DNA from: a virus
Taxonomy: Duplodnaviria; Caudoviricetes
DNA length: 61,165 nucleotides
IMG/VR virus record: IMGVR_UViG_3300042478_002789
Location: 1 to 61,165 of that record
Strand: one strand, 5' to 3'
Each line of letters opens with the position of its first letter. Within the stretch, counting starts at the first letter, position 1. The notes under the pieces were generated by a model. The model was given only the letters and a program-made list of their open reading frames with translations. It was not told where the DNA came from and ran no database searches. Below, one piece after another: positions 6,942 to 15,513 of the stretch. Made by a program: the position numbers and the translations under genes.

Positions 6942-8774
6942 TCACTTGATGAGGGAGATGATGCGGGTGAGAGCGGCAGCCTCTGACTCAGCCCACGACT
7001 TGGTATCCAGTAGGGTGAAGAGGGGGTTAGCCCGGATAACCTTTAGGTACTCCTTCTTGTAGTCGATGTTGCAGGAAGCCCAGCCAGAGCAGAAAGCCTG
7101 CACGTCGTAGTAATGGACAGGGTGGAAGTTGGCGGGCTTGGGTGGAGGGGGAGGGAGCAACCCGCTGGCAGCGAGGGCTACATACAGGGGCGTATCCCAA
7201 CCGTCAACCTGTTGATAGCTGTTGTAGAGAGCGAGGGCTGGAGCCTCGGTGTCGAGGAAGACCTGGGCGGCAGCCTCCCACTCGGCGGCGGCATCCCTGA
7301 GGGTGTTGTACTTGCCCTTGAAGTCAGGGGGGATGAGAGCGATCTGGCCTCCGATGCGCCGGCACATCGCCATGTAGATGGCACGGGAGAGCCTGACACC
7401 GCGCCAGTAGGTAGCCTTGTCCACCACCGTCACCGGGAGGTAGTGGGTGCAGGGGGTGGGGGATACCACAAGGGTGCCCCGGTCGTTGAGGATGCGGTGG
7501 GCGATGGGGCGGGAGGCCTTGCGGATGGGGGCTGCGGTGGGGATGGAAGAGAGGGGGATGATGGGCAGGCCCATGTCATCGAAGGGTGTCCTGTCCTCCA
7601 CCACGTACACGTCGGTGCCGGGGCCGTAGTTGGGCTGGTTACGGAGGGTGTTCTCGATGCGCTCCTGCATCTTGCGGTTGTCGTCTTCGAGGTAGGCCAC
7701 GTCCTCCCAGTAGAAGTAGAGGTTGGACCCGGAGGCAAAAGTGCCATTCCACCTCTTGCGCTTCCGGTCGGAGGGATTGAACTTCCGGTAGCTGGCACCG
7801 TGGATCTCCACGTGGGTGTTACCCACCCTGTAGGTCCTACCGCCGGGGGCATTGAAGATGTAGGACTTGTCGAAGATGGAACCCTTGAGGATCTGCCAGA
7901 TCTGGGGGACGGTGGTGCACTTGGCAACCAAGTCATCCTGGAGGCTGAGATAGTCCTGACGGTGCAGGTCGATGGCATTCTGGATGCGCTGGATGGTGGC
8001 GGGGGAGTAGACGATCTCCTCGCGAGAAGCGGTCACTTCGATGGTGCCGATGGGGAACTTGAGGACGAAGGGCGGGACCCGCTGGAAATGGGCGGTGTTG
8101 AGGGGGTAGGCCACCGGACCTACGAGGATGGAGGGTTTGCCCCCGGAGATGACGAGGTACTGGGGGTTCTCGTGGATGATGGTGGGACCGTCGTAGGTGC
8201 AGCCGGTGATGATGGGGCGGGGCTCGAAGTACTGGATCTGGGAGAGGGCTTCGACCCACTCGGGGGAGGGCTTGGCTGGCACGATGATCTCCAACCCGGT
8301 GTCGTTGGTGGGCTCGGAGGATACCTCGTGGAGGGCAGGCATCCCGTCGGCACCGATGCTGGCCATGTAGGTGGTCTTGGTGCCAGCGTGGGAGGAGACG
8401 ATGGTGTAGCTGTTGGCGATGGCGAAGGGGCTCTTGGCACCGAGGCCGAAGCCGCCGATCTGGCTGTTGTCACGGCGCTTGGTGGATTCACCGAAGCGGG
8501 TGAAGACCTCCACCATCGAGGTGCGAGAGAGGCCGGGACCCTTGTCACGGATGCGGAAGGAGGGGTCGAGTGCGGTGGGCACCCGGATCTCCATGGGCTG
8601 GGTGGGTGCAGCGTCGAGGGCATTGGATGCCAGTTCGCGGACCACCGAGGAGATGGGGTTGGAGTAGAGGCGAGAGGTCAGAGCCTTGACCATGATGCCG
8701 TTGGTCTGGATCTGGAAGTCGCAGAGTTTGGTGAGACCGGAAGACTCGTGGGTCTGGGAGATGTCGATAAGCAT
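6942..8774 (-). CDS. rIIA: RIIA-like protein (GHKL ATPase N-domain)
   Basis: LYSNPI..VRELASNALDA, IRDKGPGLS, STKR..IGGFGLGAKSPFA. Confidence 0.9.
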   Translation of the reverse strand: MLIDISQTHESSGLTKLCDFQIQTNGIMVKALTSRLYSNPISSVVRELASNALDAAPTQPMEIRVPTALDPSFRIRDKGPGLSRTSMVEVFTRFGESTKRRDNSQIGGFGLGAKSPFAIANSYTIVSSHAGTKTTYMASIGADGMPALHEVSSEPTNDTGLEIIVPAKPSPEWVEALSQIQYFEPRPIITGCTYDGPTIIHENPQYLVISGGKPSILVGPVAYPLNTAHFQRVPPFVLKFPIGTIEVTASREEIVYSPATIQRIQNAIDLHRQDYLSLQDDLVAKCTTVPQIWQILKGSIFDKSYIFNAPGGRTYRVGNTHVEIHGASYRKFNPSDRKRKRWNGTFASGSNLYFYWEDVAYLEDDNRKMQERIENTLRNQPNYGPGTDVYVVEDRTPFDDMGLPIIPLSSIPTAAPIRKASRPIAHRILNDRGTLVVSPTPCTHYLPVTVVDKATYWRGVRLSRAIYMAMCRRIGGQIALIPPDFKGKYNTLRDAAAEWEAAAQVFLDTEAPALALYNSYQQVDGWDTPLYVALAASGLLPPPPPKPANFHPVHYYDVQAFCSGWASCNIDYKKEYLKVIRANPLFTLLDTKSWAESEAAALTRIISLIK

Positions 8775-8837
8775 TGGAACCTCACAAAATTGAAAGGAAA
8801 ACTAGGAGCCAGAAAAGGACAAACAAAAAGGCCGGGT

Positions 8838-9113
8838 TCACACCAGCACGGTTAGCTTGTCCCGAGCGGCATCGGGTACATTGCGAATGGCTCGCAGCCT
8901 GTCGTCATAGTCGAGGTCTCCTATCTTGTGGATGATGTCGAAGGTGTCGGTGGCCTTGGAGAAGACGATGTAGGAGGGCTTGCGGAGGTTGGCCTTCTCC
9001 CACAAGAGGATGGGGCTGCACCAACCGAAGGGCTTCTCGTGGATGGGGAAGGCGCTACCCTTTGCCACGAGGGCTGGCCGCCTCCCCGACTCGGTGGAGA
9101 TGAGGTAGATCAT
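8838..9113 (-). CDS. Hypothetical protein
   Basis: GGAGG SD; ATGA overlap. Confidence 0.55.
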   Translation of the reverse strand: MIYLISTESGRRPALVAKGSAFPIHEKPFGWCSPILLWEKANLRKPSYIVFSKATDTFDIIHKIGDLDYDDRLRAIRNVPDAARDKLTVLV

Positions 9114-9352
9114 GCGATCCTCCAGACTCGGATGCCGCCGGGGGCAACCCGGCAGGTGAACTTCATGTTGTGGGTCTTGCCGTAGTCCCGAGCACAAGAG
9201 CGGATTGATTGCTCCTTGGCACGGGGGACGAGGAAGCTATGCCCAACGGACATGAAAGGGAAGGGGTATTTGGTGCGGAGATTGTAGATCTTCTCGGGGA
9301 TGGGGACGGAGTAGGTGATGCGGTAGGTCTCGACTTCGGTACGGTACTTCAT
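9110..9352 (-). CDS. Small putative DNA-binding protein; paralog of 60177..60404
   Basis: VPIP..KYPF..M.VG.SF...GIRVWRIA. Confidence 0.75.
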   Translation of the reverse strand: MKYRTEVETYRITYSVPIPEKIYNLRTKYPFPFMSVGHSFLVPRAKEQSIRSCARDYGKTHNMKFTCRVAPGGIRVWRIA

Positions 9353-9362
9353 GATGGGGTCC

Positions 9363-9557
9363 TCACGGTTGATTGTTGGAAAGAGCGGCTTTGCGGAGAA
9401 GGGTCATCTCGTCATCGGCGGGTCCTCCTATGTCCAACGATTCGTAGATTTGTTGTACATACCAGTCCTGTTCGGCTTGGGTGCGGCTCTTGCCTACACC
9501 CAGGATGCCATTGGATTGGTAGGTCCAGAGCATGAGGTCCTTGTCGTAATGAAACAT
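9363..9557 (-). CDS. Hypothetical protein
   Basis: GAGGA SD; operon packing. Confidence 0.55.
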   Translation of the reverse strand: MFHYDKDLMLWTYQSNGILGVGKSRTQAEQDWYVQQIYESLDIGGPADDEMTLLRKAALSNNQP

Positions 9558-9566
9558 GGGTTCCTC

Positions 9567-9839
9567 TCAGCATGGGGTGGCGGTTGCGACGGTGCCGACG
9601 TCGGTGAGGGAGAAGATCACCACGGGATTGCCGGCGATGTCCAGTAGGACGATGCGGAAATCGGAGAGGGGCGGGGCGTCCGTCATATCCCCTGCCTCGA
9701 TGGCTTCGAGGCAATGCAGGTGGGCCTCGTAGAGGTCGAGGCGAGCCTCCTCCAAGGTACGGTAGCGGAGGGGCTCGTCGTAGTCGTCGTAACCGTAGGG
9801 CTCCCAGCCAGAAAGGCTGCAAACTTCGATCATAAACAT
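9567..9839 (-). CDS. Hypothetical protein
   Basis: AAGGAG SD before MFMIEV. Confidence 0.6.
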   Translation of the reverse strand: MFMIEVCSLSGWEPYGYDDYDEPLRYRTLEEARLDLYEAHLHCLEAIEAGDMTDAPPLSDFRIVLLDIAGNPVVIFSLTDVGTVATATPC

Positions 9840-9852
9840 GGAGGTTCTCCTT

Positions 9853-10071
9853 TCAGGGTCCGAAGGGTCCGCCGAAACGCTCGGTGTTGTCGGCGCAGGT
9901 GTCGCATTGATAGCCACGCATCTTGTCCTCTCGGGTCAGGACATTGGGGGTGTGGCAGGTGGGACAGGGGAGGTTGCGGGGGTTGTTGGGGGAGGATGCC
10001 CGGAGAGCGGAGCCCTGCTGGGCAAAGTCCGCATCCTCGTCGTCGAGGTAGAAATCGTCATCGTCATTCAT
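9853..10071 (-). CDS. Small Zn-finger protein
   Basis: CPTC and CDTC motifs; acidic N-terminus. Confidence 0.7.
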   Translation of the reverse strand: MNDDDDFYLDDEDADFAQQGSALRASSPNNPRNLPCPTCHTPNVLTREDKMRGYQCDTCADNTERFGGPFGP

Positions 10072-10076
10072 GGGGG

Positions 10077-10448
10077 TCACTCCTCGGTGGGAAGGTTGAC
10101 GGTGAGACCGTAGTCGGCAAGCCATTCTTGGGCACTATGCCGCAGCCGCTTTCGGAAATTGGACGTCCCTTGGAGGTTGTCGTGCAGTTGTTGCAGGACT
10201 TCACCCACCTGCATGATGGCTTGGATTTCGGGAAGGTTGGCCACGGCATTGTGCTTCCGGCACAACGTATGGAAGCCTTTCCCCTCCATGTCGAAACTGT
10301 AGATGTCGTCAGGAATGAGGATGCCTATGGCACACTTGGTGCCGTCCTCGCCACGATAGGCGCAGCCTCCAACGTAGGGCTCGTGGCTGACTCTCCCTTG
10401 ATCCCAGAGGTGCTTGAGAACCTTGTCGACGACGGCTTGGGTATCCAT
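10077..10448 (-). CDS. Hypothetical protein, paralog family A (copy 2)
   Basis: QG...CAYR...CAIGILIPD...QQLHD. Confidence 0.8.
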   Translation of the reverse strand: MDTQAVVDKVLKHLWDQGRVSHEPYVGGCAYRGEDGTKCAIGILIPDDIYSFDMEGKGFHTLCRKHNAVANLPEIQAIMQVGEVLQQLHDNLQGTSNFRKRLRHSAQEWLADYGLTVNLPTEE

Positions 10449-10460
10449 TGGGATATCTCC

Positions 10461-11078
10461 TTAGTGCTGGGGGTAGGTGACGAGGGGGACGTTGCGGTCC
10501 CAGCAGTTACGGCAGGTGCCGCACTTGCCATTGTTGGAATAGGCGGGGCAAGAATGCTTGCCGGTGGTGGACACCGCCGATGTCACGAATTGCTTGTCGG
10601 GGAGGACTTCATCTAGCTTGTATGCCGAGAGGCGAATGGTGAGGTTGTCGGGGATGGGGCCGACATAATCCTGGATGATCTTCTTCTCCTTGGTGGGCAA
10701 CCAATGCTGGATGGTGGGGGTAAGGCGGGCCACCTTGACGATCTTGTGGAGATGGGAGGGGTTCTGGAGGTCCCCGCTATCGTGCCACCGGAAATGGCGG
10801 GGCTTGGACCCGGCAAGATCATTTAGGAGGAAGGACATTGCATCGACCCAGCGGGGGTCCTTGAGGGACGCCAAGCGGCGCTCCATCGCATTGATCACGT
10901 CGGGGAACCGGTATGATCCCTTGAGGGCATAGCAGCCGTGGCAAACGGTGCCAGGGATCTTGGCCAGCTTGGCTCCCGTCTTGCACATTACTGCGGGGAT
11001 GGAGTAGGACCACCACGGCATCTTGCCCGGCTTGCTGAGACCACCGACAAGATCCCATGCTTCGCTACGAGTAAACAT
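10461..11078 (-). CDS. GP88-like Cys-rich protein (radical-SAM-related fold)
   Basis: KMP, C-x-CHGCYA, FRWHDSGD, HWLPT and C-terminal CP-CGTCRNC. Confidence 0.8.
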   Translation of the reverse strand: MFTRSEAWDLVGGLSKPGKMPWWSYSIPAVMCKTGAKLAKIPGTVCHGCYALKGSYRFPDVINAMERRLASLKDPRWVDAMSFLLNDLAGSKPRHFRWHDSGDLQNPSHLHKIVKVARLTPTIQHWLPTKEKKIIQDYVGPIPDNLTIRLSAYKLDEVLPDKQFVTSAVSTTGKHSCPAYSNNGKCGTCRNCWDRNVPLVTYPQH

Positions 11079-11359
11079 TGGAAATCTCCCGAATAACTAA
11101 ATGGTTGGGGGTTAGTCAATGGTGAGGAGGTGGAGGAGCACCCAGAGGAGGAGGATGGTGGAGCCGAAGACGATGAATTCGACGACGGCTTTGATGATGG
11201 TGGAAATCATTAGTGGGCTCCTGTCAATTCGATGACCCACGTGATTTCATTCAGTTCCTGCCGGCATTGAAACCCTATGCCGTTAAAGAGGAGGTTGCGG
11301 GTGATCTTCATCATGAGATCGAAATCGTCGGTGACGTAGCGATACATGGGTTTCTCCTT

Positions 11360-11575
11360 TCACCCGTGGATGATGACGTTGAGGTCGGCAATGGCGGCAT
11401 CATATTGACCCCTCTTATAGGGCTTGCCTGTGAGGGCCGAAGCCCGCAGCAGGATATCCCTGCCGCTCATTCGAGAATGCTTCATGCCGAGGGCGAGCAT
11501 TCTGAGATGCCCCTTGAGGAAGACGGCTTGGACACCGGGCTGCCCCGGATCCTTGATGGTGATGGTATCGGACAT
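11360..11575 (-). CDS. Hypothetical early protein
   Basis: GGAGG SD; TGKPYKRGQY motif. Confidence 0.65.
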   Translation of the reverse strand: MSDTITIKDPGQPGVQAVFLKGHLRMLALGMKHSRMSGRDILLRASALTGKPYKRGQYDAAIADLNVIIHG

Positions 11576-11577
11576 GG

Positions 11578-11814
11578 TCAGTCCTCCGAAAAGGTGATGA
11601 ATACGACCGTGTTCTGGTCAATGGGGTAGAGGGTGATGGTGTCGCCGTGGTCGTCGATATCGCAGCAAACATCTGATAGGCCCAGCATTGCTTTTGCCAG
11701 CTGGATGATGGAGTTTTCCGTGAATCCCTTAGGGATTTCGGTGGATTTGCGGGTCACCCATGCATAATTGGGTTCTCCGCCGAAGGTGTCGGTATATTCG
11801 AGGTGCATATTCAT
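11578..11814 (-). CDS. Hypothetical early protein
   Basis: GGAGG SD; EYTDTFGGEPNYAWV motif. Confidence 0.7.
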   Translation of the reverse strand: MNMHLEYTDTFGGEPNYAWVTRKSTEIPKGFTENSIIQLAKAMLGLSDVCCDIDDHGDTITLYPIDQNTVVFITFSED

Positions 11815-11888
11815 GGCTGCCTCCGTGTCGTATGCACTATTGCATACGGTGATGCCGACCCGGTTAAAGATCGGCATCCCCCTAGGCA

Positions 11889-12140
11889 TTAGTCAGCCTT
11901 GGTGAAAGTGTCGATGAAGCCGAAACCGTAGGACCTCATGGACAAATCCCGATGTATCGAGGAGTATTGGCGGGAATGTTCTTTTGCCCATTTGGCAACG
12001 TATTCGAGGTAGATTTGGGGGATCGGGACAGGAAGTAATCCTTCCCATTCGGCAGCACGAATTTGCCCCGCTTCATAGGAAGCAAGAGCAATATCGGCTT
12101 CATTGGGTGACATCATGTCGGATGAAGCATTTAACCTCAT
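11889..12140 (-). CDS. Hypothetical protein
   Basis: AAGGAG SD; ATGA overlap. Confidence 0.55.
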   Translation of the reverse strand: MRLNASSDMMSPNEADIALASYEAGQIRAAEWEGLLPVPIPQIYLEYVAKWAKEHSRQYSSIHRDLSMRSYGFGFIDTFTKAD

Positions 12141-12367
12141 TTGGACATCTCCTTTAGTTCCTTCTTGATACGCTTGGCGGTGTCACCACGCCACGAGGAG
12201 GCATTGGCGAGGAAGTACAGGACGACACTCTTGGCATCATCGAAGTAATACTTGTCGTCGATGGTGCGGAGAGCCGCCATCGCCTCAATGTAGGGCTTTG
12301 CGGCATAATTCACATTCTTCCAGTCCCGCCGGATGTCGGCGGCAATCTCATAAAGGGGGCGAGACAT
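12137..12367 (-). CDS. Conserved small phage protein; first gene of the leftward operon
   Basis: MSRPLYEIAADIRRDW...YFLANASSWRG; GGAG SD. Confidence 0.8.
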   Translation of the reverse strand: MSRPLYEIAADIRRDWKNVNYAAKPYIEAMAALRTIDDKYYFDDAKSVVLYFLANASSWRGDTAKRIKKELKEMSK

Positions 12368-12410
12368 TATGTTTCTCCCAAAAGGCGGCGGAATTGCCGC
12401 GGCGAGGTCT

Positions 12411-12439
12411 ACGGTGGCACAGCCGTTTGGCGGTGTCAA
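12411..12439 (-). promoter_or_regulatory. Sigma70-type promoter for the leftward early operon
   Basis: TTGACA-17 nt-CACCGT with an upstream A-tract. Confidence 0.55.
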
Positions 12440-12503
12440 CAAGTTTTTTTGCCGTTGCGGTTCAAGGGGTTAGGCGGCAGTTTGGAACGGTTCCAAAGTG
12501 CGG

Positions 12504-12686
12504 GGTGAAGGCGGCCATATGATGTATTCACCCTGTAAGTGCTTGATTTCATTGAGTGGGTGAAGGCTGTGAAGGTAGTGAAGGGTGATATTACCCTTTC
12601 CATGGGGAAGGATGGGGATAGATGGGGGAAATGTTGCTAGTGAACCTTCACCCTCTTCGGGAATGTAATGAAATCAATGGGTTAGC
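12504..12686. other. Origin-like element, copy 1 (GTGAAGG iterons plus IHF-consensus sites)
   Basis: Four GTGAAGG and one inverted CCTTCAC; WATCAANNNNTTR matches at 12536 (reverse) and 12672. Confidence 0.6.
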
Positions 12687-12989
12687 TGTTTGGGGTGGGT
12701 GGGAATGGGGGTTGGGGGTTGCTAGCCGGGAATTGTGAGGGATTTCAATGGGTTAGATGTTGCTAATTGTTGCTAGATTGTGGGGATAATTGTAATTTTA
12801 TTATAATGGGGCGGGGAATATAATGGGAGGATTATGCTGGGGATATTGAAATTTTCTTGCGAGATATGTAATAAAAGATTCACGAAAGATTCACGCCATT
12901 GAAATTCGGGCTGTGCTGTAATGGCTTCCGTCGACTTTTATTCCAGTCGGAATATAAGGGATGACATTATAAGAGAAGGAAAACAGATT

Positions 12990-13280
12990 ATGTCCAAGAT
13001 GCAAATCGTGATCGACCTCGATAATCTGAATATTTCGGCCTGCGGCAATTATTATAATATGCCGATCAGCATCGCCGAGGATAAGATAAGGCTTATCGGC
13101 ATTAATAAGGATGCCTCGGCCTTCATTAACAAGGGGCGGATCATTATCCGCAAGGGGGCCAAGGCCGCCGCCGCGAAGGCCGATAATAACACGGCGCGGA
13201 TCGATAATATCGAAAAGGCGCTAGGCTCGATTATCGAATTGCTGGCTTCCCAAAATAAGGCCAAGGCCAAGGCCAAGTAA
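12990..13280 (+). CDS. Isolated basic protein in an AT-rich island
   Basis: AAGGA SD; followed by a terminator; atypical codon usage. Confidence 0.7.
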   Translation: MSKMQIVIDLDNLNISACGNYYNMPISIAEDKIRLIGINKDASAFINKGRIIIRKGAKAAAAKADNNTARIDNIEKALGSIIELLASQNKAKAKAK

Positions 13281-13304
13281 CATAACATAATCAATTAAAT
13301 AATT

Positions 13305-13340
13305 GGGGTCGGGATATAATGTCCCGGCCCCTTTTATTTT
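13305..13340 (+). terminator. Intrinsic terminator
   Basis: GGGGTCGGGA-loop-TCCCGGCCCC followed by TTTTATTTT. Confidence 0.8.
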
Positions 13341-13347
13341 GTCCCGA

Positions 13348-13433
13348 ATATATAATATCAGATAATATAATATAATATAATATAATCACATAATATAATA
13401 TCATATAATATTATGGTATTATATTATGTGATT
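13348..13433. repeat. (ATAAT)n tract and 17-bp perfect inverted repeat
   Basis: aatcacataatataata (13384) / tattatattatgtgatt (ends 13433). Confidence 0.85.
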
Positions 13434-13640
13434 TTTTTTGTGCTTTTTTTTTTGTGCCTAATTTTGGCGGGGGGTGGGGGAAAAACAGGCCGGCAGGCAG
13501 TTGGGGGTTGTGGGGGCCCCCATGCCAGAAATTTTTCAAAATTTGGACTTTTGGGGGTGGGTACTCTATAATGCCGTTTGGGGCACCCGTCGTTGGGTAA
13601 AACACCCCCTTCTCATTTCTCTTACCTCCCCTAGGTCCCC

Positions 13641-14066
13641 ATGGATATTCTGCAAACCGTACTCCATAGCACCCTCGCCCTCTCCCTCAAGACCCAGAAT
13701 TTCCATTGGAATGTCGTTGGTCCCCACTTTGGGCCCCTCCACGACCTCTTTGGCAAGCAGTACGAGGAACTCCAGGACGCAGCAGACCTCATAGCGGAGC
13801 GCATTCGGGCCCTTGATGACTTCGCACACCCCCACAACAGCAACGAGGGGGCCGACGCCGTAGACCCAATCCCCTCCAAGCCCCTCCACTACCGCAAAAT
13901 GGTCCAAACTTTGGCGGTGGAAAACGAGAAGCTGGGTCTCCTGTGCGCCAAGGGGGTTGCTCTCACGGCGGAAGAGGACCCCGCGACCTCCAATCTCCTG
14001 GCGGAGAGGCAGATGGCCCACCAAAAGGCCGCTTGGATGCTCCGCTCGCACCTCCTCGGCTCATAA
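13641..14066 (+). CDS. dps: Dps family ferritin-like protein
   Basis: HWNVVGPHF..LH..F..QYEE...D.IAERIRAL; KAAWML. Confidence 0.92.
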   Translation: MDILQTVLHSTLALSLKTQNFHWNVVGPHFGPLHDLFGKQYEELQDAADLIAERIRALDDFAHPHNSNEGADAVDPIPSKPLHYRKMVQTLAVENEKLGLLCAKGVALTAEEDPATSNLLAERQMAHQKAAWMLRSHLLGS

Positions 14067-14072
14067 TTTCCC

Positions 14073-14101
14073 TTGATTTTGGGGCGGGGGCCCCCTAAAC
14101 T
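14073..14101 (+). promoter_or_regulatory. Sigma70-type promoter, probably leaderless (gmd)
   Basis: TTGATT-17-TAAACT-6 nt-ATG. Confidence 0.55.
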
Positions 14102-14107
14102 GAGGGC

Positions 14108-15058
14108 ATGCGAGCCCTAATCACCGGAATCACCGGCCAGGATGGCCCCTACCTAGCCAAATTCCTCATCTCCAAGGGGTATGAGGTCCATGGGGTGGTG
14201 CGCAGCCACTCCCCGACCCTCAAAAACCTTGACTTCTTCCACATCCGGCCCCAAATTACCCTCCACCTGGGGGATGTATCCTCGGGCCCCGACATGCTGC
14301 GGGTGGTAGAGCAGGGTTTCGACGAAATCTACAATTTGGCGGCCCAGAGTTTCGTGGGATCCTCGTGGGACCAGGCCACTTCCACTACCCACATCAACGC
14401 GCTGGGGCCCCTCAACCTATTGGAGGCCATCCGCCGGGCGTCGCCGCGCACCAAATTCTACCAGGCAAGCACCTCGGAGATGTTTGGCAATTCGCCGGCC
14501 CCCCAGGGGGAGGAAACCCCCATGATGCCAAGGAGCCCCTACGGGGTGGCGAAGCTCTATGGGCACCACATCACCCGCAACTACCGCGAGAGCCACAATC
14601 TCTTCGCCTGCTCGGGCATCCTCTTCAATCATGAGAGCCCCCTACGGGGCCCGCAGTTCGTCACCCGCAAAATCACTTTGGGGATTGCGGATATCATTGG
14701 GGGGCGCGCCAAGACGCTGGCACTGGGCAACCTGGATGCCCGGAGGGATTGGGGGTACGCGGGGGATTATGTGCGCGCCATGTGGATGATGCTGCAGCAG
14801 CCGCGCCCCGACGACTACGTGGTGGCAACGGGGGAGTCCCACACCATAAGGGACTTCCTCTTCCACGCCTTTGACCGCGTGGGTTTGCGCTGGGAGGACC
14901 ACATCACGCGGGACCCCCGCTTCGTGCGGCCCGCCGAGGTCCATTGGCTGGAGGGAGACCCCACCAAAATTAGGGATATTGGGTGGGAGCCCGACGTGAC
15001 TTTCCGCCAGCTAGTCAACAAGATGGTGGATTGGGATTGCTACAACCGCCGTTCTTAG
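14108..15058 (+). CDS. gmd: GDP-mannose 4,6-dehydratase
   Basis: ALITGITGQDG, NLAAQSFV, YQASTSEMFG, PRSPYGVAK, GILFNHESP, FVTRKIT. Confidence 0.96.
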   Translation: MRALITGITGQDGPYLAKFLISKGYEVHGVVRSHSPTLKNLDFFHIRPQITLHLGDVSSGPDMLRVVEQGFDEIYNLAAQSFVGSSWDQATSTTHINALGPLNLLEAIRRASPRTKFYQASTSEMFGNSPAPQGEETPMMPRSPYGVAKLYGHHITRNYRESHNLFACSGILFNHESPLRGPQFVTRKITLGIADIIGGRAKTLALGNLDARRDWGYAGDYVRAMWMMLQQPRPDDYVVATGESHTIRDFLFHAFDRVGLRWEDHITRDPRFVRPAEVHWLEGDPTKIRDIGWEPDVTFRQLVNKMVDWDCYNRRS

Positions 15059-15088
15059 CAATCGTAGCAATCCTTCCTAGCAAATCAA

Positions 15089-15511
15089 TTAGCTTAGTTT
15101 TAATCCAGTGGGCCACTCGAAGTTCCACTTGAGGCCGTGAGTTTGGGCAACATCGCGAGCGTCGAGGAGAAACGATGCCACGAATGCCGACCCTGAACCA
15201 ACTCGCTCTGCCGCATCATCGTGGGCTTGCTGGAGTGATTCCAGAATGTTCCGATTGCGGGCAAACGGCTTCATCCGGGGGTAGGAATACACGGAAGGGT
15301 TTAGCTCCTTAACTACGTGGTCGAATACGTGTTCCGGGCGCTTCTTGAAGTAGGCGTCGGGGATGAGCCAACCCACCACACACTTCAGGGTGGTGTCCCC
15401 CTTCTCCATGCGGTAGGCGCACCCCTTCTTGGGCCAGTAGGCGGGGCAGCCCTGCTTGACGATTTGGCGCACCGCGTAGTCAAACTGGCGCTGTACCTCA
15501 GCCTTGGACAT
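15089..15511 (-). CDS. Hypothetical protein, paralog family A (copy 3)
   Basis: QG...CAYR...CVVGWLIPD...QQAHD. Confidence 0.8.
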   Translation of the reverse strand: MSKAEVQRQFDYAVRQIVKQGCPAYWPKKGCAYRMEKGDTTLKCVVGWLIPDAYFKKRPEHVFDHVVKELNPSVYSYPRMKPFARNRNILESLQQAHDDAAERVGSGSAFVASFLLDARDVAQTHGLKWNFEWPTGLKLS

Positions 15512-15513
15512 GC

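Noticed and set aside
7113-8855. 580-aa plus-strand ORF
   Set aside because: Antisense shadow of rIIA caused by GC-rich codon bias; no motifs.
12874-12895. Tandem AAAGATTCACG x2, and TTGCTA/TAGCAA repeats near 12760 and 15056-15085
   Set aside because: Possible operators, but too short and too few to support a call.
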